Positions 1 to 5,044 of a stretch of DNA of 5,044 nt are shown in pieces. Both the position numbers and the translations under genes were made by a program. How positions within the stretch are numbered: the first letter of the stretch is position 1; each line of letters opens with the position of its first letter. The DNA is from Trichoplax adhaerens. Taxonomy: Eukaryota > Animalia > Placozoa. The stretch is from positions 1-5,044 of the forward strand of contig NW_002061358.1 in NCBI RefSeq assembly GCF_000150275.1, read 5' to 3'. The notes beneath the pieces are model-generated. The model was not told the origin of the DNA. It ran no database searches and worked only from the letters and a program-made list of their open reading frames with translations.

Positions 1-189
1 TAAGGCATTGAAGTAGGTGAATATAGAATAATGTAATAAGTGAATTTGGATTTTTTAAGGCCTATTGTATATTACCAGCCTCAATTTGTGGAAACTAGCA
101 ACTCGGGTTGAGAAAGTAATTTCCACTCTTTTATTGCTACTACCAACTATTCGAAAATAGTATATACCGTAATACGATTAAAGGATCTT

Positions 190-478
190 CTGTACTGCAA
201 ATATCTTCTGCAGTCAGATTCCTAATCGATAGTTCTAGATAAAAGTTAATGGCTTCCATAATCTTGGCTGTCTAGGTAATATATTCGAATAAATGGTTAG
301 CGTCCTGAAGCTGTTCGTTTTACTGACCTTTTGTTAAATTGGGTGTTAGCAATTGGTTATTGGAACTAAGCTCATCCAATTAACCTACTGAAACTGTCCC
401 TTGTCTTCTGTACCAAAGGATAACCTCAATACCTATTGAATATGTCTCGAATTTGTAAGTTCTGCTTCGCAGATTTAC
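190..478 (-). pseudogene. Possible decayed immunoglobulin V-set-like domain exon
   Basis: One minus frame reads VNLRSRTYKFETYSIGIEVILWYRRQGTVSVG*LDELSSNNQLLTPNLTKGQ*NEQLQDANHLFEYIT*TAKIMEAINFYLELSIRNLTAEDI. It contains V-x-L-x-[C] (Ser AGC at 466-464, one change from TGC), WYR (W at 415-413) and L-x-I-x-N-L-x-x-E-D (241-203). There are three stops (382-380, 322-320, 274-272), both canonical Cys are absent, and W-to-D spacing is long (70 codons). Confidence 0.4.
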
Positions 479-1070
479 TGCATATTTTAACTGATCAAAC
501 ATCAATTTGCAATAGAGAAAGAATTTACCTCATCATCAATGATATGAAGGTTTCGGCTACTTTCGAGCTATGTCATCACTTAGCTACGATACTTCGCACT
601 CACTAACACTTCGTTTAATAAGCTACGGACATGACAAGTTTAAATTATCTTCACGTATCCATTAATTTTCAAAAACATCATTAATCATTTATTCAAGTCT
701 CCTATCTCAACCCATAATTTGCAACACTAATAAAAGGGTTTTCACTAGTAACCTAAGAGCTGTAATTAAAACGTTCTTGATTATATTTTAAAACGAAAAA
801 GATATAATACTTTTTGATCAAGCAGCCATAACAAGACTAATAACAATTACGAAATACGGAATGAATATAAAGCCATGGCTGTAGACTATTTACAATTGAT
901 TAGAAGTTAATAGGCAGTTTATTATCTAATTTGGATATTACGAAGTAACTTTTGCTCAGCTGTCGTAACGTTGGTTTAATATAATAATTTATCTAGGAAA
1001 GAATTTATATACCGTTATCTATGACGCTTTACATAATTTTAATAGATAACTACATACTTGAATAATATTA

Positions 1071-1140
1071 TCTATAAACTGACAATGATAAATGTTCTTG
1101 TAGATAATGGGAGATCGTCAGTAGATAGAGTCTTACTGTA
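1071..1140. mobile_element. Possible single terminus of a pogo/Tigger-type DNA transposon or MITE
   Basis: Ends ...GAGTCTTACTG|TA, whose reverse complement TA|CAGTAAGACTC resembles the TA-CAGT start of pogo/Tigger TIRs. It has a nested inverted motif, TCTATAAACTGAC (1071-1083) versus GTCAGTAGATAGA (1117-1129), matching 11/13. No partner end was found in the window. Confidence 0.35.
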
Positions 1141-2208
1141 GGTTAATGTCAGGGAAGACAAATCTAGCAGAAGACTTAGAGCTACTTATAATAGCTTTTA
1201 ACTTTGCCGAGTTACAAATTTCGATTTGTAAACTGGAATATTAAATAAATTAGTCAAGTAATTGTTACGGTATGTACTATCGGGAAGAGTTAAATGACTA
1301 AGTTTAGCGAATCAGCATTCAGCCGTAACTGTAATTATGATTAATAATAGAATGTAGATGTATTAGGATGACTTTGTGAATCGACATACTGTGGTCCGAT
1401 TTCGTAAAATCAGTCAGTAAATGTCCATATCGTTAATAATTGTTGCGTAATGATTCATTAATGCTAGCTACTGCTAAAAGGTATTAAGGCTTGACAGATT
1501 ATTGAATAAAGTTAGTCCTCTAGTTTTGTAGTGTAGAGGCAGAGGCGTCTAAGTTCTTTTAAGTAACTAAGGGATACTGAATCCAGGGAACTTTAGAAAT
1601 TACGAGATTTTTTTACGTAAACCTTGTCGCAAAACTGGTTTGTGATGGTAACCTGCTTCGTTAATTGATGAAACAAAAACAATCGTGATGACTACTTTGC
1701 CATATTATTAAGTAAGAGTTCAGTTAAAACACTGATTCTCCAAAATAAAAACTTCCAACTTTTATAAATCTTAAGTCTCATTACTGTTAATTTCGACATA
1801 TGTCAGGTAGGTTTCAAAAGCATTTTAAGAGTAATATTCGTACTTGAGTCATGAAGGTATGAAACAGTTAAGACAACTGGCTAAATTCTATTAAAGATTT
1901 TCGATTACATAACAAAACTTTAAAGTATAATAGAGCATACTTCGTTTCAATAGTCGAATATTAGAATATTATTATAGACCAATCCCATTTGCAGCGTTCA
2001 TTGATAAATACTAATGTAATCAGTAAAGAAGTAATTACCAAAATAGATACAGTACTTAATGAAGATATAATTATAACTGGAGATATATCGCTAATTCATT
2101 TTCAGATAGAATTACCTATTGTAAGATCTTGCTTAGATATGTAACGGTAATATTAAAATTGTCTCTAGTTGTGTGGAACATGGTGTCAGTTCCTCCTATG
2201 TTAGCGCT

Positions 2209-2405
2209 ATATATGCTATTGATTATCAATTGGTGGGAATTGGAAAGATGTAGCGGTGATAATGGGCCTCTTGGCGAGAAGCGCAGGTGGAAGTCCTAGA
2301 AGATTGACTATTGATCGAGGAGCTGAAGAACAAGCTTCGAGGCGATATAAACAAAACACGGATCATGTTAAAGGGCTCCTATACTGTAGCCGTTACGATA
2401 TACTA
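2209..2405 (+). pseudogene. Decayed death-domain-like exon
   Basis: Blocks occur in death-domain order: IYAI (2209-2220) / LSIGGNWKDVAVIMGL (2223-2270) / EAQVEVLED (2278-2304) / DY (2306-2311) / DRGAEEQA (2313-2336) / EAI (2339-2347) / VKGLLYCSRYDIL (2367-2405). Three of these blocks are in the frame of ORF 2256-2438. The segment is richer in GC than its flanks, and a possible acceptor ttgtctctag ends at 2168. Several indels must be assumed. Confidence 0.55.
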
Positions 2406-2433
2406 TTTTGTATAGGGAAAATTGTGATAGAGT

Positions 2434-2457
2434 TTTGATGTAAATATTTACATCAAA
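2434..2457. repeat. Perfect 24-bp palindrome
   Basis: TTTGATGTAAAT|ATTTACATCAAA: 12-bp arms, no spacer, no mismatches. Confidence 0.95.
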
Positions 2458-3851
2458 GATAGATATATAAGGAGGCTAATATAATTGTAAAGCTAGATAG
2501 ATTCATTCATAGGTTAGCTTGAAGAAGTCATTGTAGATATTCTTTTGATATTGTATCCATAGTTTTTAATGCCTGTATTTTAACATCGTAATAAACTTTT
2601 TATATTAACCGAGTCTTACTCACTCTTGTGAGTTGATTGCAGTTAATATAGGGAAGTAGTATTATACTTCACTTCATTTCAATTTGATCAATTTGTTAGA
2701 ATTGGTAAAACACTATCTTATCACACAATAAGTATAGCTAGATATCATATTTCGTAAAATTACTAATGGTAAACAGTACCTTCCTTCATTGGCGTACGCT
2801 GGTTAGACATGCATGTGTTTACAGTTATATGAGGATATAGTTAACATTGTTAACCTAAAGACATTAAGTTAGTATGTATTGCTATGATGAATGTAATTAC
2901 GTATTCGATACTAAGCCCCTTAATAATTCTTGATTTAGAGAAGGAGTAAGGCGAAACTATAATTCTTCACGGGCATATATTTACGTATTTATCAATTTCA
3001 TGCAGCATAAATTAAGGCTTGTACAACCGATAATAACTTATTATATGCAGACTGTATTCTATGCTATAAGAACTCTTTAAGAAGTAAAGCCAGTTTTACG
3101 ATTTTTGAGTCCAAATAATTTTTTGTGATACCAGATAGCGACTTCTGCGTAATAATCACCCAGTATGACTCAAGAATATGTTGAAGCCTTGTCAGGGCAA
3201 ATTGATGAGAAATTACTAAAAAATTTAATCAAAATCTGTAAAATGAATCGACTCCGCGTAGGTGTTTATAATTTGAAGAATACGGTAGTGAAGGAATTTA
3301 TTATTTATAAGGTTATGGTGCAATAAATAATGATATAATAAGAAATTCTTTAAGACTTATTTGCAAACAAAACATGACTGTATCAAGCTACTATTAAACT
3401 TTAGGTAAATGATTACTTGGACGTGATTTTCGATTCAAGAATCATTTTATAATATTCAATATTATAAGCAAAAATATCTAATTGCAACTTTAAAGAATTT
3501 AATTATTATGAACTTGCTTATTATCAATGACCTCCAATTAAATATGCTGTTCAATAAGGTAAACGAGTGATCGAAAAAATTAAGTTTTAGTCGGTCCCTC
3601 GAGAGCTCAAATTTTTTTCCTTTGCGTCATCTATTAGATTTCAGTTTAAATACGGTATTACAGGGGCAGTTTGCAAAATGACCGACTTTGCATACGGTCA
3701 CGTTCATATATACTAGCAGATTATATAACTTTTGGTATTTAAAATATTTAGCTGACTTGTGACTATGCCGTCGCAATTTGACTTTCTGCAGATACATGTT
3801 ACTTAATAAAGAGTAATTTTTAGCCCAAGACCATTTCTGATATTGGATACC

Positions 3852-4559
3852 CATAATTATTGTGTCCTCTGTAGCTTTATCGCTAGCAGCTAACCAGCTT
3901 TTTAAATAATGCATTTTTTTCATGGCATATTCTGGATAGGATTGCCCTTCCTTTTTTCTTAATCCAAAGAATTTCTTCGCATATGTATCAGGAGAAATTA
4001 TATATGCTTGAAGTAAGGTTTCTTTAACAAACTCGAAATCTTCTTGTTCATTAAGAGTTAAATCTCTGTAGGCTTCAAGCGCTGGACCAATTAATACGGG
4101 CCCCCACACGTGCACCCCACTCTTCTTTTGGCCATCGATTTACCGTTGCCGTTTTCTCAAAAATGGCAAGCCAGGCATCAAGCTCCTCGTCCTCTGTGAG
4201 CCTTGGTACCTTAATTTCTTTCGGCCTCCGATGACCTTGGTTCTATGCCAAATACTGCTGCGTGACGACCAATTGTCTAAGGAGTTCCTCGAGGGTTCGT
4301 CTTTCTCTAAGCGACCCTTCTGGTTCATGTGAATCAGATTGAGGAATTTCTCCTCCGACAGCCCCTTCGGCGTCTTCTTGTTCCTTTTTGCGATTTTCCT
4401 AATCAATATTGCTGGTTTAGAGTTTCCAACATTAATTCCTAAACGTTTCGCAACTGTCTTCAATTCATCAACTGATAGGTTTTCAAATTCTTCGAACCTT
4501 CTATCTTCCTCATCAGTATTTGCATGAATTGTACTGGAGCGTGGCGTAGCTTCAGTCAT
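3852..4559 (-). pseudogene. gag: Disrupted, 3'-truncated gag with HEH/SAP-like N-terminus, helical linker and SCAN-like capsid region
   Basis: Reconstruction across frames: MTEATPRSSTIHANTDEEDRRFEEFENLSVDELKTVAKRLGINVGNSKPAILIRKIAK / EQEDAEGAVGGEIPQSDSHEPEGSLRERRTLEELLRQLVVTQQYLA*NQGHRRPKEIKVPRLTEDEELDAWLAIFEKTATVNRWPKEEWGARVG / PVLIGPALEAYRDLTLNEQEDFEFVKETLLQAYIISPDTYAKKFFGLRKKEGQSYPEYAMKKMHYLKSWLAASDKATEDTIIM. The pattern FE..A....WP...W.....L.G.A...Y..L......F..VK..LL.AY....Y...F...RK..G.SY...........WL is typical of Gmr1-like Gypsy Gag. Lesions: 1-nt loss in the run at 4385-4389, TAG at 4245-4243, 1-nt gain in the run at 4101-4105. Confidence 0.88.
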
Positions 4560-4636
4560 CTTCAAATTGTTCTTTTTCGAACGTCAACTTTTGTAATTTC
4601 TCTTTCATAAAGTTTTCTTCTAGGCACTGGGTTTTC

Positions 4637-4659
4637 TTCGAATCCCACCGCTGCCACCA
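4637..4659 (-). other. Primer-binding site complementary to the 3' end of tRNA-Leu
   Basis: The plus strand reads TTCGAATCCCACCGCTGCCACCA, which matches the 3' end of animal cytosolic tRNA-Leu(AAG-type), ...GGTTCGAATCCCACCGCTGCCA plus CCA (tRNA sequence from memory). It lies 2 nt from the LTR terminal CA. Confidence 0.92.
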
Positions 4660-4661
4660 AT

Positions 4662-4874
4662 TGTCACAAACCGGAATTGTTTGTGGTAAGGAAACGCAAG
4701 ATAAAAGTCCTTAAGCAAGCTTATGACTTAAACGCCCTTCTATTTTACGTAAAGACGACTTACGAACTGGAGAACTACAACAACTAGAGCCTTTTGCGCA
4801 GCGCACTTACTTTTATAAGGCTCGATGATAATCGAACATAACAATAACAAAAATAACTTCGATACCTCATTACA
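4662..4874 (-). repeat. 5' long terminal repeat (~213 bp)
   Basis: The 3' end (TGTGACA, 2 nt before the PBS) is well defined. The 5' end is inferred at TGTAATG (4874 downward), giving TGTnA...TnACA termini. It contains TATAAAAG and an AATAGA poly(A)-signal variant (4744-4739). The 5' boundary is uncertain without a second LTR (alternatives: 4876, 4936, 4990). Confidence 0.7.
4782..4817 (-). promoter_or_regulatory. LTR core promoter: TATA box and initiator-like element
   Basis: Minus-strand TATAAAAG at 4817-4810 fits the TATAWAAR consensus. An Inr-like TCTAGTT has its A at 4785, 32 nt downstream of the first T of the TATA box. Orientation is toward the PBS and gag. Confidence 0.55.
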
Positions 4875-5044
4875 CATGATTACGACTAAGAGATAGCATG
4901 AGATTATTCTATTAAATCGTAGTAATCATTATTACATATTACCGATACTGTCAAACAATCCATTTAACATAACATGGTCATATATCGACAATAATTAGTA
5001 AACAACATCAAGTTATCATCAGTTCTACCATATTAGCTAAGATT

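Larger units (their letters stand above)
3852..4874 (-). mobile_element. Truncated Ty3/Gypsy LTR retrotransposon, Gmr1-like (SCAN-type gag): 5' LTR, PBS and partial gag
   Basis: The minus strand shows the canonical order: LTR ending ...TGTGACA (4668-4662), 2-nt spacer AT, PBS TGGTGGCAGCGGTGGGATTCGAA (4659-4637), then gag ATG at 4559. Gag-like translation runs to ~3852. No protease/RT/integrase or second LTR is seen in the window. Confidence 0.9.

Noticed and set aside
1518-1532. CTCTAGTTTTGTAGT resembling part of the LTR, as a possible second LTR
   Set aside because: It is a short gapped match in the opposite orientation with no flanking similarity.
2256-2438. 60-aa ORF as an intact gene
   Set aside because: It has a GTG start in a eukaryotic context, its best motif begins upstream of that start, and it is better explained as a frameshifted pseudo-exon.
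2611-2620. GAGTCTTACT also present at 1128-1137
   Set aside because: A 10-bp direct match is expected by chance in 5 kb of AT-rich DNA. It is in the same orientation and lacks the terminal GTA, so it is not a partner TIR.
3586-3612. GTCGGTCCCTCGAGAG, reminiscent of subterminal motifs of pogo-like MITEs
   Set aside because: No terminal CTG|TA follows and no partner is visible; too short to support.
4339-4527. 62-aa plus-strand ORF
   Set aside because: It is the antisense shadow of the purine-rich gag N-terminus, which explains its F/L/S-rich composition.
4140-4565. 141-aa ORF as a stand-alone gene
   Set aside because: Only the first ~60 codons are the true Gag frame. The rest is out-of-frame read-through after the frameshift at 4385-4389.
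4637-4659. tRNA gene or prophage/ICE att site
   Set aside because: Only the 3' 23 nt including CCA are present, with no D-arm or anticodon arm and no integrase. Its position between an LTR end and gag identifies it as a PBS.
1-5044. CRISPR array, operon, or other prokaryotic or phage system
   Set aside because: There are no regularly spaced repeats and no long ORFs, and the LTR/PBS/gag arrangement points to eukaryotic nuclear DNA.

Overview
AT-rich DNA that looks like an animal, probably invertebrate, genome. There is no intact protein-coding gene and no prokaryotic signature. The clearest feature is the 5' end of a decayed Ty3/Gypsy LTR retrotransposon on the minus strand (~3852-4874). It has a ~213-bp 5' LTR (TG...CA, TATA box, stem-loop at the U5 end), a tRNA-Leu primer-binding site with 23 nt of complementarity, and a Gmr1-like gag (HEH/SAP-like N-terminus, SCAN-like capsid region). 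The gag is broken by two homopolymer frameshifts and one stop and loses recognisable homology in the capsid region; no pol or 3' LTR is visible. The two longest ORFs in the track are pieces of this gag. Manual reading of the apparently intergenic DNA suggests two decayed host exons: a death-domain-like remnant (+, ~2209-2405) and an Ig V-set-like remnant (-, ~190-478). Also present are a perfect 24-bp palindrome with TCF/LEF- and Forkhead-like motifs (2434-2457) and a possible pogo/Tigger-type transposon end (~1071-1140). All family calls are by-eye motif recognition; no database search was run.
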